64,000 nucleotides of DNA, from assembly GCA_029953675.1 (NCBI GenBank), contig JAMWBK010000013.1:62001-126000 (forward strand). Reading direction: 5' to 3'. The DNA comes from Rhodosorus marinus CCMP1338 (Eukaryota > Plantae > Rhodophyta). The notes beneath the pieces were generated by a model. It was given only the letters and a program-made list of their open reading frames with translations, had not been told where the DNA came from and did no database searches. A program made the position numbers and the translations under genes. Shown here piece by piece: positions 34,932 through 47,990 of the stretch; position 1 is the stretch's first letter; each line of letters opens with the position of its first letter.

Positions 34932-36569
34932 ATGAAATCTGGACTCGGAAGCGCGTTGTTGGTGCTTGCCATTGTTTCTGGATGCTCAGCATCGATTGGA
35001 GTGAGGTACCCATCTCGGCTATGGCCATCACGAACTGTGTACTACAGGTTCGACAGGACGGTGTCGAGGAACACACGTATGGTCATTGACGGAGCGATCC
35101 AGCAGTACAAGGATAACACGTGCCTTCAGTTTAAGAAGACCAAAAGCCGAACTCGTTCCAGTCTTTTGTTCAGATCGGTAAAGGATCTGTGCTATGACAC
35201 CAAAGTTGGTTACAAGGGGAAGCACAAAGATCATGTGGTGAACGTTTCACATGAATGCTGGGGAGGTATCAGCCTGATGAGCCAGGCGCTTCATGAGATT
35301 GGACATGCCATTGGTCTTGTGGACGAGTACAACCACCCTAACAGGTCGACCTATGCGAAAATACGTCGCAAGGCCATCTACCGACGAAAGAAGAATGAGC
35401 GTTTCTTCGAAAGAGTCTCTTGGAAGGAAGTTGACTCACAGGGGATTTCTACTTTTGACTACAAATCGGCCATGCAGTACGGTGACTTGTTCCTCTCCAA
35501 GGATGGAAAGACTCGAACAATCGAATCAAGACCTAGATTCAAGCTTGTCAAGGAGCTCAGTAAGACAGACATCAATACATTGAGCAGAATGTACAACTGT
35601 CCGCGCCCCGCGAAGAAGGGCGCCCTGCGGTTCTATGGCTTCAGAGGGATCAACCTATTCGACCCAAGAGCAAAGGATTCAGATGTGGCTCCTGCTCCGA
35701 ACTCCCTCGTCAGGATCCAAACCATCGACGCCGACGGAAAGAAGCATATCTTCAAGTCGCAGGTGAAAGAAAACGACCGGAATCCGTTTTGGGGGCCAAT
35801 CTCTCACGACTTTAGTGTCGCAGAGTTTCAGTACTTTAGAGTCGAAGTTGTTCACGTAGACGGTGATGGTAAGGAAACTGCGATTCTTCAGCGACAATTC
35901 TACAGAATCAGGCCTGGAGCGCATCTTCGCCAACTGTGTCAACCTAACAACCACTGCGAATCTAGGCTGGAGTTCACACAAGTCTGGACAGACAGAACGG
36001 ATATCTGCTTCCCCAACCCTTGTCGACACGGGAACACCTGCTTGAGCTACAAGGATGAATTCGGGAGGGATAGGTTCGATTGTGAATGTCGAGCGGGTTA
36101 CTTCGGAAGCAACTGTGCAAAGCGATACGGGCATTTGGAAGTTGAAGTGACCCGCGCTTTCAACCTGTCCAATCGTGACCAACATAGCTACCCTGAGATG
36201 GGACACTCGGATGTATACGTCTCCGTGCTCGCCATCGCACATGACGGTACAACGGCCAACGGGCAGACCGCCACGATATTTGATACGGGCAACCCCGTGT
36301 GGGAAGGTAGGAACCCCTCCTACTTTCCCCACATACTGGACTTTGGAGTTGGTCAGTGGGACAAGATCGTCGTACAGGCCTGGGATAGGGACAGTGGGAA
36401 AACGTCACAGCAGCTAACCAAAGCAACCGCAAAGGATCTTCAGAACCCGCTCAATGAGAAGTACGGGCGACAGACTTCACTCTTCTGTGACGTCCCGCGT
36501 GCCTGTAGAACAAATCCTTACGTTGAGGTTAAAGTCGGCTATTATCCTGAAGTGTATGTTGAGAATTAA
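34932..36569 (+). CDS. Secreted astacin-like zinc metalloprotease with C2-EGF-C2 tail; intronless
   Basis: Signal peptide, WP..TVYY, HEIGHAIGLVDE, Met-turn YKSAMQY, EGF CFPNPCRHGNTC..CECRAGYFGSNC, and two C2-like domains. Confidence 0.85.
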   Translation: MKSGLGSALLVLAIVSGCSASIGVRYPSRLWPSRTVYYRFDRTVSRNTRMVIDGAIQQYKDNTCLQFKKTKSRTRSSLLFRSVKDLCYDTKVGYKGKHKDHVVNVSHECWGGISLMSQALHEIGHAIGLVDEYNHPNRSTYAKIRRKAIYRRKKNERFFERVSWKEVDSQGISTFDYKSAMQYGDLFLSKDGKTRTIESRPRFKLVKELSKTDINTLSRMYNCPRPAKKGALRFYGFRGINLFDPRAKDSDVAPAPNSLVRIQTIDADGKKHIFKSQVKENDRNPFWGPISHDFSVAEFQYFRVEVVHVDGDGKETAILQRQFYRIRPGAHLRQLCQPNNHCESRLEFTQVWTDRTDICFPNPCRHGNTCLSYKDEFGRDRFDCECRAGYFGSNCAKRYGHLEVEVTRAFNLSNRDQHSYPEMGHSDVYVSVLAIAHDGTTANGQTATIFDTGNPVWEGRNPSYFPHILDFGVGQWDKIVVQAWDRDSGKTSQQLTKATAKDLQNPLNEKYGRQTSLFCDVPRACRTNPYVEVKVGYYPEVYVEN

Positions 36570-36669
36570 GAGGCAACGGCGTGAGGGTTCTCCGTTGGAA
36601 GATGTTGATATGCTGAGTGCATTCTGTTTGGCCTCAACATAGCTTCGGGGGCGGCTGTAACACACTAAA

Positions 36670-37500
36670 TCACGTTCCCGCCCGGTTAAGCCCGCCTTGA
36701 GTCTTTCGAGCTTTCAGAATCGTTGGCACCACGAAACTCGCAGTGTGCACGGGGACACCAAATAGAATGAAGCCCTCGGGACGCGAAATATCCTGAAGCC
36801 GAGAGGGAACCTGGGCAGCGCACAGCGGGCCTACCCAAAAGCCACACTTGGCACGCCCGCTCCTCGGCACTCCTGACGATCTTGTGCCGGCGTATTCTTT
36901 TCTCGGCGAGGTGGCGTCTCGTCTAGGCTTACCGATAAACCACGGCAAGTGTGACTTTGGGGAGGACAGCGGTCGCAGAGCACAGCGGTGCTCTGCGGCC
37001 CAGGTCCCTGCACTTTTCGTGGTTCACACTCAAGCCGAGAAGAGAAGCTACCTCGCCAAGAAAAGAATAGGCCGGCACAAAATCATCAGGAGTGCCGAGG
37101 AGCGTCGCATCGTCATGAAAGACGACCACTCGGACTCGCGGGAACTGATTCTTCACCCCCAACAACGCCAATTTCAAGCCGCGCGCGTGCAGGAACGGCC
37201 CTATGGGGTCTCCCTGTTGAACACCCATATGTGCTACAAAACTGTGGCTCTCTCTGCACCCAAGGTGACAAGGCGAGGGGAGTATAGCCCCCCCCCATAG
37301 ACGCAGCGAAAGAAACGGAAGCCAGTTGGAAAGAGCTGACGAACCACCTCAGGTGCGTGAGTACGCGACACGCTGTTGAACGCGTTCGCGAAATTCATCG
37401 AAAGCGTACCAAAGGGCTCCTCACTGAGACCATCCAGCTGTAGGATGCGAGTCACCAATTCGCAGGCCCCTGAATATCCTACACCGACCAAGGTCGACAA
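36670..37500 (-). mobile_element. RLE-class RT core relic related to family B, with an internal tandem duplication
   Basis: NFANAFNSVSR, GVQQGDPIGP, VFHDD, GLSVNHEKC. Confidence 0.85.
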
Positions 37501-37559
37501 AGAAAGCCCCTGGCTTCCTTAGCGACGACCCGAGACGAAAATAATGTTTCCTTGGTAAT

Positions 37560-37960
37560 ATACACTTCTCGTACCGACGTGTATACAGGCCTTGGCACTC
37601 TTCAGATATCGGACAACATGACGAAGCATGTTTTCCTGAAATCTGGACGGGTTTGATAGCCCGACACTCAGGTGTCGTGCTCCTTATGTTTGGTCCGGTC
37701 TGGTACATATACTTAAGGAAAGCAGCTTACCGACAATGCTTCTATACCGTGCTTCCGATGTTGCAGCTTCACTTGCCTCCAGCCCTCCGCACTTACCAAC
37801 ATCCAGGTTTTGTGCGTGATGCCTAAACATGAATTGCTCTTGCCTCCACTCTGCAGCTCCTTTCTAATAAGTTTTCTTGCCGTAATTTTGGGATGGTGAC
37901 CTTCAATTCTTTCACTTTTAGCCACTTGCCCAGCAAGCTTCACACTTCAGCGTAGTCTCG
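37560..37960 (-). mobile_element. Copia-type LTR retrotransposon RT relic
   Basis: Translation RYRSIVGKLLSLSICTRPD..LSVGLSNP..RHVVRYLK matches the Ty1/Copia RT C-terminal motifs; in-frame stop. Confidence 0.7.
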
Positions 37961-39019
37961 AGTATAGAAGTTCGATGGAACATCAAAAGGATAGCTACAT
38001 ACTGAGGATTACATTTTACATCAGTTGCAACTGGTTTTGCCCCTTCTTGAACTGTTAAGCCGTTCACGGCTCTTTTCCCGACGTAGTCGATCGTTCACAA
38101 CTCCTTTGTTCACTGAGGACTGTTCACGACCTCTTGTGGTCCCTTCAAGGCTATTGTTGCTAAACGCGGCGACTTGATCTGACCTTCATTCAAACCTAAG
38201 TTATAAGAGATACAACCTAATTGTACAAGAGCTTAATGGAATCTATCAGGCAATATCTGATGAACATCGCGCTCCAAAATCGCCGGAGAAAGAAGGTTCG
38301 ATACGAACAATTCCGCTTTCGTGAAACTCCTTCCCGCTAACCTTTCTGTGCGATTCGATGGTGAAGTTCACACCTATACGCAATAGACACAATCCACTTA
38401 AGAACTCACCCGGCTCAAGAATTTCAAGTTTTGCCTTTACTGCTAGTCTCTCTCGTTTTCTCCACTACTACTCTATTCCTCTATCCTACTCTGGCCTGTA
38501 ATCTTACATCTCTCCTGTTCAATACTGGAGAGATACAGGATCACCTGAAGATGGACAATGCATAGACATAATCCATCCCAGCACGACAACCCAACAAGAT
38601 GACGTCATATGTGCGCGTCTACACGGCGTGATGCGAACGCTCTTCTCTATGAGGTCTGATGACAAAAGGATTAGGCAATGCGAAAAGCAGAACGAACTGA
38701 TTCAAAAGACAACGTTTATAGTAAATACGCTTCACTGGAAAGGGCTGACTCCGTCATATGAACTCCACGATCATCGTCATTATCATCATCATCATCATCA
38801 CTATGAGTTTATATGAACTAGTGATGAAGTTTACTAAGAAAAACTAGAGTTTTCCCATCTTGTCCGATGGCTGAAGAAATTCTACACGTACACGATCAAT
38901 AACAAACGAAGACCAGCAGGCAAACAGCAATCTCGAGTTCGTCTTCGTTTATTCGGAGGCTAACTACCCTGAGAAGCGAGAGACAAGACGATGATGACGC
39001 GCGTCTAAAAACAGAGCAG

Positions 39020-39300
39020 CTTTTGAGCGCCACAGGGTCAAGGAAAGCTCCGTGAGCAGACTATCTAGACGCCCTGGGTCGTTGCGAAAGAGACCTCGCA
39101 GCCACGAGAACCCAAACTGTCTATCAAGCCAAAGCATTCAAATAAAGAGCAGGCCTGCAGCGATCTCGAGTTGCCTGGGGAGCGAAACGAACATGTTTTC
39201 CGCGAAGCCTGGTGCGCGGAACATGGCGGTTGGGAAGGCCAAAACTCTTGGGTTCTAATTCGTAGCAACGAAAGCCCGTAGAGAGTACTTTGTATTGCTG
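39020..39300 (-). mobile_element. Family C-related RLE C-terminal relic
   Basis: ECFGLIDSLGSRWLRGLFRNDPGRLDSL. Confidence 0.7.
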
Positions 39301-40371
39301 CTGATAACCAAGTAGTCACGCACTTGTGACTCCCCGTTCTATGTCCGAGGACACCTGCCCATAGGTTCGAAGTCTTTTTCGATTAACCGGGCATATCAAT
39401 CTCTTCCTAGCCGAGTGAGAACACGAGCGTTGATGATGCCAGCTCAGTCTGTGCTCGGTTCTCGTGCACGAGTATGACGACAGATCATCAACTTTGTAAA
39501 AAAGAAGAGAGAAACACTGCGCTCAATGTTCCGTTCAGAAGTGAGATACTATCGCCGACGTCGGCTAGTCTGTGGGTAAGTGGTCCGAGCTCTTCAAGCC
39601 CAACGACAGAATCAGATGCACTGGTGTTGAGGAATAATTGTCAAACACCAATGACAGAATCCAGGAAGCGTACAGAAACCCTCCCGAGAGTGGACCTGAA
39701 TAGACAACTATCGCGTGGTACAGTTCCGCTTGGCGATCCTTGTCATGGGTAAGGATGGCAGTGTACCCTCATCATCCACTATGGGGTCTCCTCTCCCTAG
39801 ACTAGATTGCTTTTCGGCGCTAAACTCGGTAGGTGTTCGTCCCGTAAAGAGCGGTTCAACTCGCGCGTTAAGGGATCTCATACCATGTCCCACATAGCGA
39901 AGTTCCAGTGTACACCACCAGCTATAGAGCCCCCAGCGTCTTCGGGCTGATAAAGGTGAAGGGTTTCCCGTGCGCTTTGGCAGAAGGCTAACCGGTCCCA
40001 AGAGGTTCACAACGGTCCTTGAAAAACCTCATGAGCGTGGATCAATTCGAGTGGATAGAAGAATACGCTTCTGGAAAAGCTTCTACGGGCAATAATTCTT
40101 CGTCTTTAGTAGTTTTCATTCCATGAGAACGTTCACACGATCATCTTATCGGTCTCGAAGCCGATGCTCTCGTGACTATCTGGCCGGGCTTTTGGAGCAG
40201 ATTTGCATTGATACAGATTTGCATTGATACACGTCCCGGTAGCCGATCTTTCTTGGAAATTAAGGAGCCGGGTTGCCGGGAACCTAAGGTTAACATAACC
40301 GTGACTGTAGGGGCAACCACAGACACAACCCACGCCCTAAAGATCTCAGTAACTCAGGGGGTGCGGAAAGA

Positions 40372-40704
40372 CTATTCTTCAGCCGGAGGTCCGCTAAACT
40401 GGGATCTAATCCAGTCCCAGGGTTCTAAAGCACAATTCGAACAAGGTGGAAATTTTTTACACGTCAGGGCCTTTTCTCAAAACTTCGTAGAGAAAAAGAC
40501 GGAGGCGGGAAAACCTTGGTTTCTAAACCACTTACCAGCCACCCACAAAACCGCCGCTCCAACCGCGATTCCCCATCTTCCAGCCGCGGCAAACTCCGGG
40601 GCGCCAACAAAAGGCTCCAGCCCCTGAATTCCTTTCAGATACCAAGGCGGTGTACTCCTCTCATAAAGGGAAGATCTAATCGCCCTCCTCAACGCAACCG
40701 ACAT
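40372..40704 (-). CDS. QCR10: Cytochrome bc1 complex subunit 10 (QCR10/UQCR11-like), 2 exons
   Basis: Intron 40425-40535 (GTAAGT..TTTAG) gives AAAGRWGIAVGAAVLWVAEPWDWIRSQF, resembling plant QCR10. Confidence 0.7.
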
Positions 40705-41059
40705 ACTTTCCTCTCAAAATAGCCAAACCAACCTCTCCCACCCCTCCCTCCACAAGGCTCTCCAAACCAATCTACTACTCTGTCTCCCAAACCAAACAAA
40801 AATGAACTATACTTTTGCCCACCCAACCCCTCCCCCCCTCTTTTCCTCCCCGTCGCCCACTTCCAAAACACCTCTCCCCACCTTCCCCTTCCCCGCTCCT
40901 CCCCAGCTCCCTTTCCCCTCTCTCTCTTTATACCCAAACGTCGATCCCGAGAGAGAGGCCCACACCCGGCCACCCACCAAAACCTCTCGTTGATCGTAAA
41001 TTTAATACTTATAATAACGATATATATTGTAAACATTCTAATTATGAAAATACATAATA

Positions 41060-41470
41060 TATAGTACTATATATACTATATAATTTATTGATAGGATGGT
41101 ACCGATCTTGGACCGTCTATTTGATACTTATAATATCTATATATTCATCGTGTAAACATGATAGACATGAAAAACTAATAAATAATACTATATATACTCT
41201 ACAATTGGTGGATCGAACCGTTCTGAAATCAGTGACCGTCTATTTTATACTTGTAATATCCATCAATACATTGTAAAAATATCAAATATATGTAATATAT
41301 AGAATTTATACTGTATATACTTTATATTTTGTGGATCGAGAGGTTGTGAATCAGAGACCGTATATTCTCTACTTGTAATATCTATGACTGCATCGCAAAT
41401 ATAGAGATAACTTGAAATGGTAAGATTTAATACTATATATACTCTATAGTTCACGGATCGAAATGGAATT
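41060..41470. repeat. AT-rich diverged tandem repeat (about 4 units of about 120 bp)
   Basis: Recurrent tactatatatact...ggatcg...gaccgt.tat...tacttgtaatatc. Confidence 0.6.
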
Positions 41471-41615
41471 GGTGTTGTCCCACTACCCTGAAGCATTTTG
41501 TACAACTGAAGCTTCGGACGAGCGGGGTTCGTAAGTACGGCTTTCGAGTTAGCTCAGAACCATTGACCATGTCAACAGCTCAATTATAGAGAGCTCTTTA
41601 GGACCCCTTAAAGCC

Positions 41616-42402
41616 CTAAAGGGCTGAGTGTCCAAGGTCAGCAAGAGCTTTTTCAAGCCGGATCCGTGTGATCTTCTGCTGCTGCTCTGAGGCGGTCGTC
41701 AACTTTGCATGAGAAACGACCATCGAAAGAGTGAGTTGGACAAATAAAATCCGCACTGGAACACACGCTCAAAGCTCGCACAATCGTACCTCGACTTCCC
41801 TCGTCCTTTCAGTTCTTCGTACGAGCTCATCGTAGATCACTTCCCCCGTTTTACCGGTTGCGGAGGTGAGAAATCGAAAGCCGAACGTGACTTCATACTT
41901 GAGATTGGCCTCGCGCAATTGGTCTGGAGACACACCATGCCCAAGACCTGACTGCTCTCCCTTGCTCCATTTGGCGAACCTGCCGCCTGATGTGTCCGTA
42001 AATAGTAGAGATGGTTACACTTCTGCGTTCAGAGCGCTTCACTATGCGGCCCAAGTCGAGCAGCGACCTTACCGCCACCCTTTCCTTCACCAATCCGTGG
42101 ATGTGCTTGGAAAGCCTCGATCATCTGGGATTCTGAAAGGGTCCCCCACTCCGCTTCTGCCGCCTCGAAGAGGGATTCTCTGGAACTATAAGGACGTCCT
42201 CCTGTCATCCTCTCTGCGAACTGATCTGTTCATCCACCAGCACGGCATAGAAGCGAATCGACTTCAGTCTGTCCAGTTTACTCGCAAGGAAAAAACACCA
42301 TTGAGCGGGGAGGGAAGAAAACCTACCACTGGAGCAGCAAGCAAAGACGATCTCTTTGCATTCCTTAAACTCCAAAACGTTAAACCTCTGAACTGACGAC
42401 AT
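41616..42402 (-). CDS. OHCU decarboxylase (UraD-like), 4 exons; not called by the ORF track
   Basis: Spliced translation gives ACCSS, RPYSS..W..L, EAFQAHPRIGE, SKGEQSG, NLKYEVTFGFRFLTSATGK, EQQKITRIRLEK. Confidence 0.85.
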
Positions 42403-43695
42403 CAGGACAAATGAATTCGAGAAACGAGATCCGTAGCTTAGCTCCTCCCAGGTCAAAATTTTACTTTCGCTTCCAGATTCAGAGTCTTTATGCCCTTCGT
42501 CATTGCAACGGGCCAGGCCTATGTGAAACTGGTTCTCTCGTTGTTCCTCGAGGTCAACCAGAGAGTCTTTGAACATAGTCCGAACAAGACCCACTTGTCT
42601 CGTCGCTCTTCGTCTCCTTTCGTCAGAATGGGCTCCTCAGACAGTCCCCAGCAAGATGAAAGCCCCAGGTGCTGGTGTCACTCTCTGTCATAGCTCTGCC
42701 TAAGGGCAAGGCTGCTCTTCCGGTGTTATCTTGGTTGGTCACATCGACCTGTCAAACTAATGATTAGCTTCCAGACGACAAGTTGGGATATTGTTTGACC
42801 AAGCAATGATCGTCAGGCGGGTCGCGCCGACTACCAGCATCAGCTCGTTTGGCGTGTTTTCCCTTTTTGTAGCGGTGCGATAGTGGCAATGGGAGGATAT
42901 CTTCGTGCAGGGAGAGCAATAGGTGAGTTTGTAGAAACTACTGGGAAAGATCGTTAAAGGGAAGACGTTAAAAATATCCACTACGAAAAACCCGAAGAAC
43001 GGAAGTAACAAGAAGACTTATTTTCTGGGAATTTCACTCGCAGCGGGCATTCCTCACAACTCGAGAAAATCTAGATGAGAAGCGACGGGGGCTTTGTGAC
43101 GAGGGAAGCAATCGACTTCTCAACCATTCCCTGTGGGAAACAGACGGGAAGACAATCAGACGGGCAACAAGAACCGTTTTCAACGCTGGCAACCCTTTTT
43201 TGCTGCGCCATTTGCAAGACAGCCAGAGATACAGAAGTCTCATGCCTTTCAAAAAATTGATTAGATTTTTGTCAGATTAGTACCTCGGCCTTGAGATCAC
43301 CACCATAGCAGTGGGTCTTCCCATTCTTCCCAACCCCCAAACCCTCATTGAAACCAGCCCAGCTGTCCCAATTTAATCATTGCTCAAAGTCGAATAGTTT
43401 CACATAAACGGTAATAAATTACTAATTTTGAATACACAGATACTCAGATCTTGATTGAATTAAAAAATATTTTTGGTAGATAATATTGAAATATAATATA
43501 ATTTACGATACTATGATATGCAAAATGGGATCAATATATGTAAATATTAATTTGAGACAGATGGAGACATGGAGAGGAAGGCCTTGGAAGAGGCTATATA
43601 AGTATTGATGAGGAAGAAGACAGGGAATGCCAGAAGAATACGAACCGTTGGAATTTTGGGCTTTTGGTTTTCTAGAAGATAGTTCTAATATAAGT

Positions 43696-44270
43696 ATGGA
43701 TCTTAAAGGACAGCAGCGTTCTGAGCGGTACTTTGTAATCCTGATGACGGCGGTGACGGTAAGGACGGTTGGCTGAGGCAAGAAGACGTTGGAAAGAGAG
43801 AGAGAAAGGGGGGGCGGGGTGGTTCGATCGCGGTGCTTTTGTTGATGGAAGATGAACTGATCTGAGCTGCCTTGTCATTTTTTTGTTGTGTGTTTGTTTT
43901 GCATAGGCAGTTGCTTTCCTTGCTGGTTATGTTGTACAGGACCTGCGTATCTCCATGGCCGTGTTCACTGGTGGTGTTGTTGTTGGATTCATTGTAAGTG
44001 ATTTGTGAAACAAGACGAATTGGGCTTTATCGCTTTCCCAAACTTTTTTTTTGAGCTGAAAATTTTGATCCTCCTGGATTGGACTTGCGATAGGTGAGTA
44101 TGCCGAACTGGCCGATTTACAAAGTGGACCCGCTGGTCTGGGCGAAAGCAGAACCTCCCGTCTCAGAGCATTCAGACGCTACTTCTGAAACCTCAAGTAC
44201 GACAGCCAAAACTCCAAGGAAGAAGGCGCCAGTCTCTGGCACACCAATGAAGCTTCGATCGCGTGGTTGA
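43696..44270 (+). CDS. SPCS1: Signal peptidase complex subunit 1 (SPC12), 3 exons
   Basis: MDLKGQ..., two TM segments, MPNWPIYKVDPLVW. Confidence 0.85.
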
Positions 44271-45051
44271 GCATTAGCTACCTAAAAAACCCCTTCGCTC
44301 GATTTTTTTCGCAAGATCGTAATTGTTTTTACGGTTTCTAGAGAGCACTCCCTCCGGAGAGTATGGTACCTGCTTCCCGCTCGTGGGTGGAGGCTCCATT
44401 GCGCTCAAACGGCGTTCTGGAAAGGTGGTGGAGCAACCGGCACTGTTGATACAAAACGTCGGCCGCCAAACAAGAAAAACAAGCCACATGAGAACAACCC
44501 AACCGTTTTCCGTTCTCCAAACCTGACATACTGCCTAGATCATTCACACCGCCAGCGCCGATGCTAACTCACTGCTGCTTCCGAGAATGCAGTTGAAGGG
44601 TACGCATTGCCCTATAGCACTGTAGACCGGACTACAAAAGTGCTCCCAATCATCGTTGAGCATCACGTGGGTGTCGCCGCTTCTTCAAGGAAACTTGATT
44701 CGAGTCGTTCCGTCACCACTGCAAATAGATTGAATGTGCGCACTAAAACCACGGAACTCCATACCCCAGCGAGGGAGGCAACCAGGAGATGAATGGTGCA
44801 GCTCCGTCCTCGAGGACCTCTCACCTTGGCCTCAATCGGTCAAAGCCTAGACCATGTATTCCTATCACAGAGTGGCACTCACGGTGATATGATTCGTACG
44901 ATGTCAGCTTCTCCAGAACCAAATTTTGGGCGCCTGTCGTCAGTCGCGCTCTTGATGAATTGACTCCCGCACCCCCTCCCCCCCCCAACCACCAAAAAAG
45001 TAAAGGCAGTGGACTTGGCTTTCATGCAGCAAAAAAAGACTTCGTCTTCGG

Positions 45052-46771
45052 CTACTTGATGACTGCCCCCACTGATGCACTTGGTTCTGCACTCATCGTT
45101 TTGAGCCACAACGACTCCAACGCCTCCTTTGCTGTGATTCTATGAACAGGATCTGGGTTGAGCATCCGCCGTAACAGATCCATGCATGGAGGAGAAACAT
45201 GCGACCAGTTCCTAGAAGACGGAGCCGGTGTTGTCTCAACTTGAGTCTTCACAATTGAGCTCTTGAAGAAGAACCGCCCGCCGACGACTTACGTTTCCTC
45301 AAACACTACCTGACCAGAAGTAGATTGAATCTTCTTCAAAAGAGTTTCCTTGCTTCGCGACGTGAATGGGAATTCTCCCGACAACATGTTGTAGAGTACG
45401 ATACCCGCTGACCATATGTCTACCTCAGGTCCGTACGTTCGGCCCATGGCGATCTGGTCAGGGTTAAGTCAGAGTCGGGGGTTAACGTTAGTCTTGGGTT
45501 AGGAGGCGTGCGAGCGACTTGGCGCAGGACAGTTCTGGTGGGCCCGCACCTCGGGAGCGGCGAAGAGAGCACTTCCGAGCTGTTCATGAACATGTTCCTC
45601 AGGCCTCTCCATCACATGTGCAAGTCCGAAATCAGTGAGTTTCATGACGGTTGGCCACTCCCTGCGTTCGGCCAGAAGGTTTTCAGGTTTAACGTCGCGG
45701 TGGATCACGCCGTTCTCTTGAAGACAGTCGAGCGCTTGAAGAAGATCGCGCATCACCATCGCCGCTTTCTGCCGCGACAGGACGGACGTGAACGGAGTTC
45801 GTCAGAGCTGTTGCGAAGCATATTCGCTATACAAGGAGAGTCCCCCAAACCTCTTCTGAAAGTCTCTTCTCCTCTTTTAAAACGTCCGAGAGTAGACAGC
45901 CTCCTCGCATGTACTCGGTCACTACCACCAGTTCCTTCACGGACTCGAACACGTCCAATCTAAGCACCGGAAAGCGCGAAGAGGAAACTAGAATTAGGAA
46001 TGAAGCCGATCCGGTTGCCTCGTATGCTAGTCAGCCAGAGCCTGTCTGGACGAGACCTGACCCGTTGTGATGATGACAGCGACGTACATTCTCACGATTT
46101 TGCTGCAGCGGATCTCTCGGTTAAGAAATGCGAGTTCCCTCTCAATTGCCGCGTTCCTCTCGCCCTTCTTTGAGCGCTTCTCAAGCCGCTTTACTGCGAC
46201 TTGATAGGAGTCCCGCTTGTCGATACCGAGCCAGACTTGTCCGTACGATCCTCTTCCGATACTTCTTCCCGTGTTATAGAATCGATCGAAGCTCTGAAGA
46301 AAGGCGGAGCGCTTTCGGGTGGTGAGTCACAATCGTCGTAGAGGATAACAGGTGCCTTTTGAACCGTCTCTTTAACCTATTCGTACTCTTTGCGAACCCT
46401 TCCGAAGCTTCGCCGTCCACGCCTCGAAGGACTCCCTTGTTGGTGGGTAGAGATCAACTGCTCGGCCATCTCGAAGCTGAAGCTGGATGCGTTTCAGATC
46501 CAAATTGCTATTGACATTGCTGCCTAGAATACTCCTAGACCAGATTTCTGGGTGGACCTATCCGAGAAAGGAGAAACCAGCTTTGACAAACGTGAAACAG
46601 GATCTGGAGAAAAGGGACTCTTGCTGTGGTTCTCACCTTGGATCGCTTTTTGTAGAGAACTGAGTCACGGAGGATGAAGTATCTGCTCTTACCAGACGAT
46701 TTATCAGTTATTAAATCCCCACTGATTAACGGAGACTCTCCATGTCGATAGATAACCTCCCCATCACCCAT
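45052..46771 (-). CDS. PH-domain Ser/Thr kinase, CAMK-like, multi-exon
   Basis: RYFILRDSVLYKK (PH-like), IGRGSYG, VAVK, HRDVKPEN, DFG, APE, VDIWSAG. Confidence 0.9.
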
Positions 46772-46879
46772 TTTCTCAGACCAACTCTGCCACCTACAAG
46801 TCCATCCCCATCCACCTCCGCTGTCAACAGGAGTTTCTATTAAAGTGCTTCCGAAAACGAAGGATTCGTCTAGCCCGAC

Positions 46880-47990
46880 AAACTCAAAATCCGAAATCGA
46901 CGAAACTCGACTTAAAAACGAGGAATAAGAATCTATGTAGTTTGAATGGAATCAAAGCATACCGAAACTTCGTAATTGGATGGAAAATTGAGTATTCTCA
47001 TATCTATTGAAATCGTTGGAATCCATAATACTAACCAGGGTTTCAGCTGAACAGGAGAAATCGACGAAATCGATATTAAAAAACAGAGATGCGTGAGAAT
47101 GGAAATTCCACGCACTTGGTATTAAGAATACGGATTTGGGCCTGGTTCCAGAAATCCTCGAAACGTATACTAAAAACTATGATTAGGAGTTAAGTTTCGC
47201 CAAAATCATCGAAATTGATATCAAAAACGACTATTCCTGGTTGTAGTCGATCCTACACCTGAGCTGACGTCCTGGAGCTGGACGTTGCCGATGGTGAGAT
47301 GAAGACGCGACGACCAAGATGAGAATTTTGACCCTTGTTGTCGTCAACGATCTTCTGCTTTTCATGTTCGTGGACGTTGACGAGGAAGAAGCAGTTTGCA
47401 TGCCCGATTCAGAAAATCACTGATAGTGGCGGGAAAACCGACGATTTGGGATTTAAGGAAAGAGAAATCCTCGAAATTGGTATTAGAAAAGAAGATTTTG
47501 GACGAGGAGGTTGAAAAAGGAGCAGCTGACATACTCATCCAAAGATATCGTCGAAATTGACATTGAAAGCGATGATTTGTCAACTCGTTACATCCAAATC
47601 GACGAAATTGGTCATAAAAACGAGGATTTTTAGTTTCGTGATGGTCAACGGTGAAGGAGTGGGTTTGGGGTTTTGAGGCGGAAGAGAGCTTTTCTCAACA
47701 AGCTGAGGATTTGCAGTGAGAGACTGAAAAAGAGCGACATCCTAACCCTTGTTGTTGTAGGCGATCATCTGCTTCTTCTCGTGTACGTGAACTTTGACGA
47801 GGAAGAAGCAGTTGACAAACCGATTCTGAAATCCATACCAGTCCAGAAATCGTCGAAACTGACATTGAAAACGATGATTTGTCTACTCGCGAAGAACCAG
47901 ATCGACGAAATTGGTAATAAAAACACGGATTTCTAGTCTCGTGGAGGTCAACGAGGACGATTAGAACTTCTGCTTGAAATTTTGAGGAAG
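46880..47990. repeat. Diverged tandem/dispersed repeat (atcgacgaaat core; 47330-47640 similar to 47740-47950)
   Basis: Collinear similarity by eye. Confidence 0.65.

Noticed and set aside
39320-40330. Protein-coding gene from several short ORFs
   Set aside because: No coherent spliced product or recognisable motif could be assembled.
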